A stretch of DNA of 36,587 nt from positions 1 through 36,587 of the forward strand of contig JAPEUG010000147.1 of the NCBI GenBank assembly GCA_026025795.1. The letters are read 5' to 3'. Under the pieces are notes generated by a model, which worked only from the letters and a program-made list of their open reading frames with translations, ran no database searches and had not been told where the DNA came from. Positions 21,450-31,800 of the stretch are shown piece after piece; the stretch's first letter is position 1; each line of letters begins with the position of its first letter. A program made the position numbers and the translations under genes. This DNA comes from Thelocarpon superellum. Its lineage: Eukaryota.

Positions 21450-23852
21450 ATGGCTCCGCCGCTGTACGCTCGATATGTTCCACCAGCGCCGTCGGGCGCT
21501 TCGAAAGCTCCCGGGTCCTTGGCCAATGGTGAAAAATCCCCCAAACGCAAGGAAACATCCAATGAGGGCACTGGCGTAGAAGACCCCCGGGAGACTGGGC
21601 CGGCGCCAAAGAAGCTCCGCAAGAACGACGCCGTCCGGAGATCCTGCGTAGCTCCGGATCATGTGGAAGCCAGTAACGGCGTGCGACGGGCGAAGAAGGC
21701 AAAGCAAAAACGAGACCCGTCAAGCCAAGACCAGGAGAGCGATGATCCGGCTTCATCGACCAAGGATCAGGCGCTCCCCGTGGCCAAACATGACACTTCG
21801 TCGACTGAGGCTGGAGCAGGCCAACAGAGCAAGCATCAAGCTATCTTCTCAAAGTTCCATCAATCCGTCAGGTCGGCGAATCCCCGAGCCACCAGTCCAG
21901 CGGCGAACGGTTCCGCCAGTACGTTGGATCATCGCCCTACAGACCCAGCGGAGGCTCCGCACGGATTGATCCCGTTGCCCCAGCCCACACCGGTTCGAGA
22001 GGGGGCGGCGGCGAAGCCGACCTTCTCGGCGCTTCCTCCATGGCTCGCGAAGCCAGTGGTGGTTCCTCCTCGGAAACGGGTCCCATTTGATCAACTGGGC
22101 ATCGCCCCCAAGGTGCTCTCGTCGCTCCGGGGCCACGGTTACGACGAGGCCACGGCCATCCAGTCGGTCGTGCTGCCCCTGCTGATGACTGATCCTACCC
22201 GACGAGGCGGAGATTTGTGCATCTCGGCCGCTACGGGATCTGGCAAGACCTTGGCTTACGTGCTCCCCATGGTCGAGAGCCTGCGCACACGCGTGGTCAC
22301 CCGTCTCCGAGCGCTGGTAGTGGTGCCCACGCGAGAGCTGGTGTCGCAGGTTCGTACGGCATGCGATCTCTGCGGCTCGGCGTCGGGGTTGCAGGTCGGA
22401 ACGGCAGTGGGCAACCATCCTTTCGCCGTGGAGCAGAGTCTCCTGATCCGGAAGGGCCAGCGATATGATCCGGAGGCTGCCTCGACCTCCCAGGCTGAGG
22501 CCAATGTACGATGGGAGCTTGGCGACGATCCTGAGGTTGACGCGATGGATGAGATCGGCCTGTCAGAGCTCCTCCCTGGCCACGTCACGGAGTACACGTC
22601 CAAAGTGGACATTCTGATCTGCACGCCTGGGCGCCTGGTCGACCACATCCGCTCCACCCCGGGCTTCACGCTCGCACACTTGCAGTGGCTGGTCATTGAC
22701 GAAGCAGATCGACTTCTCTCGCAAAGTTTTCAAGAGTGGGTCTCCGTCGTGATAGATGCCTTGGAGCGAGAGACACCCATCTCGGAGCAAAGTGTGGAGG
22801 AACGCATCTTACACCTCATGCGACCACAGAGGGAGCCACGAATGATCCGGAAGGTTGTACTCAGTGCCACCCTGACGCGAGACGTGGGCACACTCAGTGC
22901 GCTCCATCTGACGCGGCCGCAGCTGGTGGTCGTCGACCATGACGAACCACCCAGGCTGCAGATCCCTTCCTCGGTGGATGACACGGACATGACGGGATCG
23001 CACGACCACCAGACGGATGAAACTTTTGATCTGCCCGATACGTTACAGGAACTGGCCGTGGCGGTCGCTGAAGAGAGCGAGAAGCCCTTCTGCCTGTTGC
23101 AGCTGCTGCTGTCGATTGTGCCCGGAAACAGTGACACGGTTGAACAGGAAGGCTTGAGCGATTCTCACCCGTCAGTCGATGAGAAGGACGTGAGCACGTC
23201 CCCGGCAGCATCGGAACCCAGCACGTCTTCGGACTCCTCGAGTGTCTCCACGGATGATGAGGATACCGTCCAGTCATCCTCAACGCGTTCGCGTCCGCGT
23301 CCGCGTCCGCATCCGCGGCCTCCACGGAACCCAGCCGGTGAGCCCGCGCGGGGGGTGCTCATCTTCACCCGATCCAACGAATCGGCCATTCGCTTATCGC
23401 GGCTGCTGGTGCTCATGCACGACGACTACGCGCCGTTGCTCGGCACTATCACGTCTACCCACGCCTACTCGCAACGGCGACGTACGCTCCGATCCCTCGT
23501 CCGCGGCTCACTCTCGATCATTGTCGCCTCCGATCTGGTTGCACGGGGGATGGACATCCCGGGGTTGGCTCACGTGATCAACTACGATGTCCCCAGTAGC
23601 ACCAAGGGCTACATCCACCGCGTTGGCCGGACGGCGCGGGCGGCGAAGGAGGGCCACGCGTGGACGTTGGTCAGCGACAAGGAGGCTCGTTGGTTCTGGC
23701 GCGAGATTGGGCGCGGGACGTCGCTGCGGAGGGCCGATGGCAGGAAAGTGAGACGGCACAAGCTCGAACACAGCCGGGCCAAGGGCGACGTCCGGGCAAA
23801 GTACGAAGCAGCGTTGACCGCACTCGGGGAAGAGGTACGTGGCCAGCATTGA
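21450..23852 (+). CDS. DBP6: DEAD-box RNA helicase Dbp6/DDX51 (60S biogenesis), intronless
   Basis: AATGSGKTLAY, VPTRELV, TPGRLVDH, IDEADRLL, SAT, ARGMD and HRVGRTAR. The N-terminal LYARYVPP and RLRALVVVPT are typical of fungal Dbp6. Confidence 0.93.
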   Translation: MAPPLYARYVPPAPSGASKAPGSLANGEKSPKRKETSNEGTGVEDPRETGPAPKKLRKNDAVRRSCVAPDHVEASNGVRRAKKAKQKRDPSSQDQESDDPASSTKDQALPVAKHDTSSTEAGAGQQSKHQAIFSKFHQSVRSANPRATSPAANGSASTLDHRPTDPAEAPHGLIPLPQPTPVREGAAAKPTFSALPPWLAKPVVVPPRKRVPFDQLGIAPKVLSSLRGHGYDEATAIQSVVLPLLMTDPTRRGGDLCISAATGSGKTLAYVLPMVESLRTRVVTRLRALVVVPTRELVSQVRTACDLCGSASGLQVGTAVGNHPFAVEQSLLIRKGQRYDPEAASTSQAEANVRWELGDDPEVDAMDEIGLSELLPGHVTEYTSKVDILICTPGRLVDHIRSTPGFTLAHLQWLVIDEADRLLSQSFQEWVSVVIDALERETPISEQSVEERILHLMRPQREPRMIRKVVLSATLTRDVGTLSALHLTRPQLVVVDHDEPPRLQIPSSVDDTDMTGSHDHQTDETFDLPDTLQELAVAVAEESEKPFCLLQLLLSIVPGNSDTVEQEGLSDSHPSVDEKDVSTSPAASEPSTSSDSSSVSTDDEDTVQSSSTRSRPRPRPHPRPPRNPAGEPARGVLIFTRSNESAIRLSRLLVLMHDDYAPLLGTITSTHAYSQRRRTLRSLVRGSLSIIVASDLVARGMDIPGLAHVINYDVPSSTKGYIHRVGRTARAAKEGHAWTLVSDKEARWFWREIGRGTSLRRADGRKVRRHKLEHSRAKGDVRAKYEAALTALGEEVRGQH

Positions 23853-24453
23853 AGCGGAAGGGGAGATCTCGTCCGTAGGATTGCAGCTAGATTGCTCCGG
23901 CAACGTACCGTCTCTCCCTCTCGAGTGCTCGGTGCTGTGTAGGATGTAAGGGGAGTGCGGCACACACAGGGGTGCGTGGTGCGTTGGTCGTTGCTAGCAA
24001 GGTGGGTTCGGCTGCCAAGAGCTGTCCCAATGTCGTTAGACTGCATTGGTTGTTCTGTCAGCCAGCTTGCCCCGGGCGCTGACGAATCCCCCCGGGCAAG
24101 GAGGGACCGCGTGCATCAATTACTAGGATTCCCAGCTCTCCATGGCCGTCGTCTCGAATGATCCGGAAGAACTCACTGGCCTGTTTGTGATGGCCTGAAG
24201 GATCGATCGTGCAGCTGTCTCTAGCTTATCGCGACACAGCTGGCGGGTGATGCATGTCGTCGCGTTCTCGCTATGTTACAGCGACCCTCGTTATCTTGAC
24301 CGTCTGACATAAGCCGAGCCTCCGTCGCGACTCGCGGTTTGCTATCCGCGGCCGTGAGACGTGTGGACAGCGCGGCGTCAAGTGCTTGATAATCAGGCCG
24401 GACACGTCCGCGGTCCAGTGCTCTCAGCCGTCGATCCCTTCACACCCGCCATC

Positions 24454-25525
24454 ATGGCTGGGGTCCGCACGCGACGACAGATGGCCGACGCTGCCTCAGC
24501 ACGCGCCGCCACGGACGCGGTGCCTCACGAGAACGGAAACGGAAGTGCTCATGCCGCCGCGCCAGCGATCCTGGACGCGGAGCCGACGGAAAACATCTTC
24601 CTCTTCTACCCAAATCTGATCGGTACGTATGACGTGCGGGGTGCTCGTCTTGCGGGCATCATGGCACCATGTCTGACGGTGTCGCAAGGATACTCGCGCA
24701 TCATCCTGGCGACGGCGTCCCTCTACTACATGCCCCTCCACCCCCGGACATGCTCCCTCCTGTACAGCATCTCCTGCCTGCTCGATGCGCTCGACGGCCT
24801 CGCCGCGCGTCACTTCAACCAGTCCACCAGCTTCGGTGCCGTGCTCGACATGGTGACGGACCGATGCACGACGGCGTGTCTGCTCGTCTTTCTGAGCTCG
24901 GCCTGGCCGCGCTGGTCCTTGCTGTTCCAGGGTCTGATCAGTCTGGACCTGGCCAGCCACTACATGCATATGTATGCCACCTTGACCATGGGCGAGGCGG
25001 GCCAGAGTCACAAGAAGGTGGACACCAGTCGCAGCTGGCTCCTGAACCTCTACTATTCGAATAATGTACGTTGGTCCGATCCCTGGGCAAGAACGAGGCT
25101 GACGCGGTCGTGCGCAGGTCGTGCTCTTCTTCTTCTGCGCCATGAATGAGCTCTTCTTCATTGCCCTCTACCTGCTCTCCTTCTCCTCGCCCATTCTCTC
25201 TCCCTCGCTCCTTCAACCCATCCCCAACGCGCCTGGCTCGTCGATGCAGCCGGGTAACCCAGCCCACCCGATCCCGTCGACCCTCTTCGCCAGCCCGTAC
25301 AGCGCGGGTGCGCTAGAACTCGCCCGAGCCAACAAGATGGACAGCTTCTGGCCGTGGGTGCTGGCGGGGATCTCCTGTCCCATCATGGCGGCCAAGCAAT
25401 TCCTGAACGTCGTCCAGCTCGTCAAAGCCTCGCGTTGGCTCGCCGAGGGGGACATTCGCAAACGGCGAGCGTCGGGCATCTCCCCCGCGGGAGCACGGGG
25501 AGGAAGTCCGAAGAAGAGCAGATGA
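24454..25525 (+). CDS. PIS1: Phosphatidylinositol synthase (CDP-DAG-inositol 3-phosphatidyltransferase). Exons 24454-24622, 24689-25065, 25118-25525
   Basis: ENIFLFYPNLIGYSRI, CDP-alcohol phosphotransferase motif DALDGLAARHFNQSTSFGAVLDMVTDR, LDLASHYMHMY, SHKKV and CAMNELFF. Introns 24623-24688 (AAG acceptor) and 25066-25117. Confidence 0.96.
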
Positions 25526-26331
25526 CCTGCATCGCCGCCGCCGCTTCCTACCTGTCTTTTCCCCATATCTTCTTCCTTCTTCCCTGGACCTTGTTACCTT
25601 GACCTAGCCCAGCTTGGCCATTGACTGGCCCCCATGTGATGGAGTGCATTGAGCTACTTGTAGATGGAGAGCTGCTGTACGAGCACGAATCGAGAGTGTC
25701 AGGTGTGAAGGTTGTCTGCCGTCGGCAGTCAATTGCAGAAGGCTCACCTAGTCGTCGTAGCGAAGCAACCGCTTGAAGATCCGCACGGCCCGGGAGATGA
25801 TCTCTTCGTCGAGCTACAGGAACGTGTTTCTCATTAGGCGACGGCGTTGTGCATGGTCATGCAAGTAGTCCAGAGCAAGTGGTCCAGATCTTATCCCTCA
25901 TCCAGCGATCCTCCGTCGCGCCTCAATCCTCTACCCTGCAACCTGTTTGAAGATGACATACGCAGTGGTTGGTCATGGGAGAGCTCAGCAGAAATGCCAC
26001 TTTCAGGGTTTCCATATGTCTAGAGCGTTTCAACGGTCGGCCGTGATACTATCTGCACTGTATTCCCCCAAAGCAACACAGGAACGGTCAATAGGGAGCG
26101 CACGTGAGGCAGTCACGTGCGCGTCCCTACACCCCCAACTTTACGCTTGGTAGTGCATCACCATCTTCCTACTGTCCGCCCTATACCACGCATGTGCATC
26201 ACGCATCACGCAGTACGGAAGACGCGGACCTCGTCTCCAGGGACTGGTCCAAAGTCCTCATGCTATCTTACACAGCTGCCGTCCCGGGTCCGGGGAATGG
26301 ATCATCTATTTGGAAGCATACGCCACCATCT

Positions 26332-28203
26332 TCACTTCAATGTGGCATACGCCGCCGCCAGTGCCTTCCTCTCCTTGCCGTCCGCCTCGAGCACGTGCAC
26401 CCAGTCACGGAGCTGAATCCCCGACCCGCGCTCCTTGTCCTCACGCCACTCGCCGAGCCGTTTGCCCGGCGCATGACGCGGGAGAGCACCGCCGCTACCG
26501 GGTCCGCTGGCGCCGCCAGGTGAGCCGCCGGGACTATCGAGGGAGATGTTGAGCCGACCGGGAAGGCCACCCGGCGTCGAGGCGCCGCTGCCGCCACCGC
26601 CCGGCGCACCACCCGTCATCCACGCGTACTTCTTGCCAAACTTCTTGGACGCCCCGCCCAACATCATCCGCGCCGTGTTGTTGGCCGATTGTTGCTGGTG
26701 CGCCACGTCCAGTCGTGCCGATTGCTGCTTCGCCTGCTCTTTCTTCGTGAGCTTCTTGGTGCCCGTGCTGTTCATGGCCTCGGCCACGTCGGGCGCCCGC
26801 TCTCCGGGCGTCCCTGGCGCTGTGGCCGTTGGCGTACTCGGAGCAACGGAGCTGGCCTTGCTGCCATCGGCAGTGCTGGGCGCCGCCGGGGTGTTGGCGC
26901 TACTGGCCTTGACGCGGGCTCGTTTGGCTAGCCGGCCTTCCTCGGCCTCGCGCTCGGCCGCGCTGAGCCCACGAAGGGATTTGGCCAGTTCGTTGGAAAA
27001 GCTGACCGTCGTGGCACTCGCTTTCGTCGCATCGGCGACCACGGGCTCTGGGCCGGCGACAGGGAATGGGCCTGGACGCACATCAGTCTCGTCGGACGCA
27101 TGAGCGTGCTGGGGCGGGATGGACGCACGTTTGAGCGAGTTTGATGTCTGCGGACTACCCACAGACTCCCACCCTGCGCGACCCGCCGTCACGGCTTTCG
27201 CCACGCCTGGCTCGGCACCGTTGCTGACGGCCACATCGGCCCAATCGACCGGCACCGTGCCTTGCGCGCCCGCCCGTCGACCCTTGGCCAGCACCATCGC
27301 ATCCTCGATCAAGCCCCGCACTCGCTCATTCGCCGCCAGGGACAGCAGCGCCAGCATCTCGCTCAGCGGCGCATTGCGATCCAAGTGTCGTGCCGTCACC
27401 GCCACGATCGAGGTGCCGTCCTCGCCGGTCATGGTCGCGCTCTGTATCCGCTGGGCCGGCGGGTGCGGGCGAGTCTCTTGGAAACCCTCATGGGGCACGC
27501 GAATGTTATGCCGGTAGGCCATCCGGGAGATGCGAAGGCGAACGGAGTTGGCCGACAGGAAGGGCGCGTCGAGGTGCTGCGCTCGAGCCTGCGCGTGCCG
27601 TCGTAGTGCCGCTTGCCATTCCTCTTGCGCCAGCTGCTCTGTCGTCTGATGGGGCACGGCGGGTGCACTCAATGGAGTGTGCTGGTATGGCACCACTTGG
27701 CTGCGCTGACTTGCTTGGGAGCGTTCTTGAGAGCTGTCCTGCCCCGACGTGGTGAACATGTCCGAGCCGCCAGACGTGGCGGAAGTGAAGGATGAGGTCT
27801 TGGTGGAGGTAAACGAGGCGTTCTCCGCGTTCCGCGCCGACGAGAAGTCGGCCGTCAGAAGATTTTCTTCGCCCGTCACGTCCACTCCGGCTTGAGCGAG
27901 CACGTCGGTGAGCTCCACCGTTGACGTCGGCTTGTCCACGGGCCGCGAGGGCGGGCCCATGGCCCCGGCTCCCTGTGCAGGCATCGGAGAGGCTCCGTTG
28001 ATGTTTGGTCCGGCGCCAGGTAGGGGCGGTAGAGAGAAGGACTGAGGCGACTCCGCACTCGGCCCGTATGGAGACGAGGGATTGGGTGAGATGCGTTGAC
28101 GTTTGGGGGGAGGTGGAGAGATGACTCCAGCCACGGGAGACATGAGAGAGGCAGATGGCGAGGGCGAGGAGGTCCTCGGAGGCAGCGGTATCTGGGCGGC
28201 CAT
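26332..28203 (-). CDS. TAF4: TFIID subunit Taf4. Probable exons 28203-27129 and 27071-26332
   Basis: LTDVLAQAGVDVTGEE, histone-fold helix EMLALLSLAANERVRGLIEDA, SANNTARMMLGG..KKYAWM and C-terminal WREDKERGSGIQLRDWVHVLE. Probable in-frame intron 27072-27128 (GTGCGT..CTGAT..CAG). Confidence 0.9.
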   Translation of the reverse strand: MAAQIPLPPRTSSPSPSASLMSPVAGVISPPPPKRQRISPNPSSPYGPSAESPQSFSLPPLPGAGPNINGASPMPAQGAGAMGPPSRPVDKPTSTVELTDVLAQAGVDVTGEENLLTADFSSARNAENASFTSTKTSSFTSATSGGSDMFTTSGQDSSQERSQASQRSQVVPYQHTPLSAPAVPHQTTEQLAQEEWQAALRRHAQARAQHLDAPFLSANSVRLRISRMAYRHNIRVPHEGFQETRPHPPAQRIQSATMTGEDGTSIVAVTARHLDRNAPLSEMLALLSLAANERVRGLIEDAMVLAKGRRAGAQGTVPVDWADVAVSNGAEPGVAKAVTAGRAGWESVGSPQTSNSLKRASIPPQHAHASDETDVRPGPFPVAGPEPVVADATKASATTVSFSNELAKSLRGLSAAEREAEEGRLAKRARVKASSANTPAAPSTADGSKASSVAPSTPTATAPGTPGERAPDVAEAMNSTGTKKLTKKEQAKQQSARLDVAHQQQSANNTARMMLGGASKKFGKKYAWMTGGAPGGGGSGASTPGGLPGRLNISLDSPGGSPGGASGPGSGGALPRHAPGKRLGEWREDKERGSGIQLRDWVHVLEADGKERKALAAAYATLK

Positions 28204-28827
28204 TGTAGGAGGAGGCGTGAGCGCCGTCGCGACGGTGAAGGCCGATTCACTGTTCCTTCCCCAGACGCGCGGACCGGCCGTGAATCGGCCGGTGGCGCCT
28301 TCTCACCGCGGCGAGCGTCTTCAGCAGGTCGGTGCGTGTTGGCCGCGGGTGACTGGCCATCCTTGACTAGGTCGTCGGTGTGGGTGCATGCAATGTGTCG
28401 TGTCAGCCATGGCTCCCCATTGGCAGCAGAACGGCTCTTTGCCCTCTGTCGTCAACGTTTCTTGCGATGTCGCGCGCGAAGATGCGATCGGGGAAATCAG
28501 GCTGAGTCACGTGCTACGTGGTTGTCGTCTTAACCATTTTGAGCCATCGGCCGTTCCTCGCCGCTCAGCACGTGACCCTTGCAGACGAAGCTCCCCAGAC
28601 CTTTTCTTTGTTGCTGTCTATCCCGGCGAAAGTGCCATCCACCACTTCTCTCAACGGATTCCCCCGGGTGATGGTGCTCTTGTGTCGGGACATGCACTCA
28701 TCTCTAGAGGCAGTCTCCTCGTCCAACACCTGAGACTCGACGTGGGAGGCCTCACCCGCATCTTAAGTCAAGCGCTGAGTCAGCTCCGTCCGTTGAGGGC
28801 CTGTCCTTGACGGCACCTCTGTTCATC

Positions 28828-31800
28828 ATGGCGACCAAGCGGAAGTTGGGAGCCATGTCTCCGACAGTGGAAGAACCAGTGGATCCGGCCGATGAGCTGA
28901 CCTTTCTCTGCCTGGGGGGAGGAAATGAAGTGGGCCGGTCCTGTCACATCGTTCAATACAAAGGGAAAACCGTCATGGTGCGACCCAGACTGCCTCCGAC
29001 GAGTATATGGATAGATGACGCTGACTGCCGTGAGTAGCTTGATGCCGGCATGCACCCCGCATACGATGGCCTTGCCGCCCTGCCGTTCTACGATGACTTT
29101 GACCTGAGCACGGTCGACGTCCTGCTCATCAGCCAGTAAGAACCCCCTCTCCGTCGCCCTGTCCCAACGATCCTTGGCGCCCGAGACCACTCTACTCTTT
29201 GAGGCTCAGGATATGATTGGGTGCAATTCTATGGCTGTTGTGGAAGATGCGTACTCATCTGGAAGCGTCTTATTCTGTCTTCTGCCCCGACTTTCCACTT
29301 GTACATGAGCGTAGCAATACAATTGAGTTTCACGGGTTCTGCCTGAACCTATCATCGAGAGCCCCCATTTCCCCGCTTCCTCCTGTATATAGACTAATTC
29401 CCCTGGGCCAACCCAAGCCTGCGCGAAGCACCGATCCGTACGGACAGGGGCAGCCATGGCTGACCCGCGGTGCACAGTTTCCACATCGACCATGCCGCGT
29501 CGCTCCCTTATGTCATGGCCAAGACCAATTTCAAGGGACGGGTCTTCATGACCCATCCCACCAAAGCCATCTACAAGTGGCTCATCCAAGATAGTGTCCG
29601 CGTGGGGTATGTCACGGCGAGGTCGAGCAGGCATCTACGTTGTTCATGCTGACTCCCTTTGCAGCAACACATCCTCCACGTCAAGTCAGCAGCCATCCCT
29701 CTACACCGAATCCGACCACCTCTCGACCTTCCCTCACATCGAAGCCATCGACTACCATACCACCCACACCATTTCGTCGATCCGCATCACCCCTTACCCG
29801 GCAGGGCATGTGCTTGGGGCGGCCATGTTCCTCATCGAGATTGCCGGCTTGAAGATCTTCTTCACGGGCGACTACTCGCGAGAGAAGGACCGGCATTTGG
29901 TGTCGGCCGAGGTGCCCAAGGGGGTCAAGGTCGACGTCCTGATCACCGAGAGTACGTATGGCATCGCCTCGCACATCCCCCGCCTCGAACGCGAAGCGGC
30001 GTTGATGAAGTCCATCTCCGGCATCTTGAACCGGGGCGGGAGGGTGCTGATGCCCGTCTTCGCGCTGGGACGGGCGCAAGAGCTCCTGCTCATCTTGGAT
30101 GAGTACTGGGGCCGTCATAAGGAGTTCCAGGGTTTTCCCATCTACTACGCGTCGAATCTGGCACGGAAGTGCATGGTGGTATATCAGACGTACGTCGGTG
30201 CCATGAATGACAATATCAAGCGGCTGTTCCGCGAGCGCATGGCGGAGGCCGAGTCCGCCGGCGACGTCGGCAAGGGCGGACCATGGGACTTCCGGTTCAT
30301 TCGGAGTCTGAAGAATCTGGATCGCTTCGATGATGTGGGCGGATGCGTGATGCTCGCCAGTCCGGGCATGCTCCAGAGCGGTGTGTCCCGCCAGTTGCTC
30401 GAGCGCTGGGCGCCCGATCAGAAGAATGGCGTGATCATCACCGGCTACTCGGTGGAAGGGACAATGGCCAAGCAGATCATGAATGAGCCCGATCAGATTC
30501 AAGCCATCATGACCTCTCGCGGCGGTGGCGCCGGTCGTGGGCGGGGTCCTGGCATGGGAGGCGAATCGGACAAGATCATGATCCCCCGAAGATGCACCGT
30601 TCAAGAGTATAGCTTTGCGGCGCACGTGGATGGACCCGAGAATCGAGAGTTCATCGAGGAGATGGGAGCTCCTGTGGTGGTAAGTCGGGCGCGCGTCCCC
30701 TGCGGATGATGAGCCGCACCTTTGTCCGTTGGACTGACCGTTGGACGTTGCATCTAGATTTTGGTGCATGGCGAAAAGAACAACATGACGCGATTGAAAT
30801 CGAAGCTGCTCAGCCTCAACGCCGACAAGAGGGACGAGGACAAAGTCAAGATCTTCAGTCCGCGCAACTGCGAGGAGCTCAAGATCCCCTTTAAAGCGGA
30901 CAAGACGGCAAAAGTGGTGGGACGACTCGCGCAGGTCGCCCCACCACGAGACTTGGACACGGACCACGAGAAAGCCAGAGTACTCTCGGGGGTGCTGGTG
31001 CAGAATGACTTCAAGATGTCCCTGATGGCGCCCGAGGATCTGCGAGAGTATGCGGGCCTGACCACGACGACCATCACGTGCCGGCAGCGCATCCGACTCA
31101 GCGCTGCCGGCCAAGATCTGATTCGATGGGCGCTCGAGGGCACGTTTGGGGCGATTGAAGAAGTCACAGAGGGCCAGGCGAAGCCGAATGGCTTGAGCAA
31201 GGACGACCAGAACGGGGAGAGCGAGGTTCACGGAAACGGCACCATCACATCCGCCGATGACGAGCACGATACCGCGTCCTCAAGCGTGTCATATCGCGTC
31301 ATGGGATGTGTCATGGTACGATGTCACGACGGCGGAGAAGTGGAGATTGAATGGGAGGGAAACATGCTCAATGACGGCATTGCCGACGCCGTACTCGCCG
31401 TACTGTTCTCCGTCGAGAGCAGTCCCGCGGCCGTGAAGCGTGAGTAGCAGTCTTCATCACTCCTGGCCAAGCCTCGCGCAGACTGACAAGCACTCCTAAC
31501 TTAGAATCATCTTCCAAACACGCGCACCACCATGATCACGATCACGACCACGACTCAAAGTCACCCGACCACAAACACACCCTACCGATCCGCAACCCGC
31601 ACGCCAACACGACACCCACAGAGCGACTGGACCGACTACTCATGTTCCTCGAAGCGCAGTTCGGCAACGGCGTCGTTCCAATCGTGCAGCCGCGGCTCTC
31701 AACCAACACCGCTTCGGCCATCGAACCCAAGAAGGAGCCAACGCATGAAGACATTAACGGTGGCAAAGAGGACGACGACGCCGACGACGACCTACAGAAC

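Noticed and set aside
23292..23315. Short CGTCCG repeat in DBP6
   Set aside because: A coding low-complexity RPRPRPHP linker, not a mobile or CRISPR-like repeat.
29136..29477. TPP riboswitch or hammerhead ribozyme in the YSH1 intron
   Set aside because: The TPP core motifs (CTGAGA, ATACC, GAACTTGAT..GCG) and the hammerhead core (CTGANGA..GAAA) are absent.
29681..31267. 528-aa minus-strand ORF
   Set aside because: It is antisense to YSH1 coding exons, has no domain motifs, and such ORFs are expected at this GC content and codon bias.
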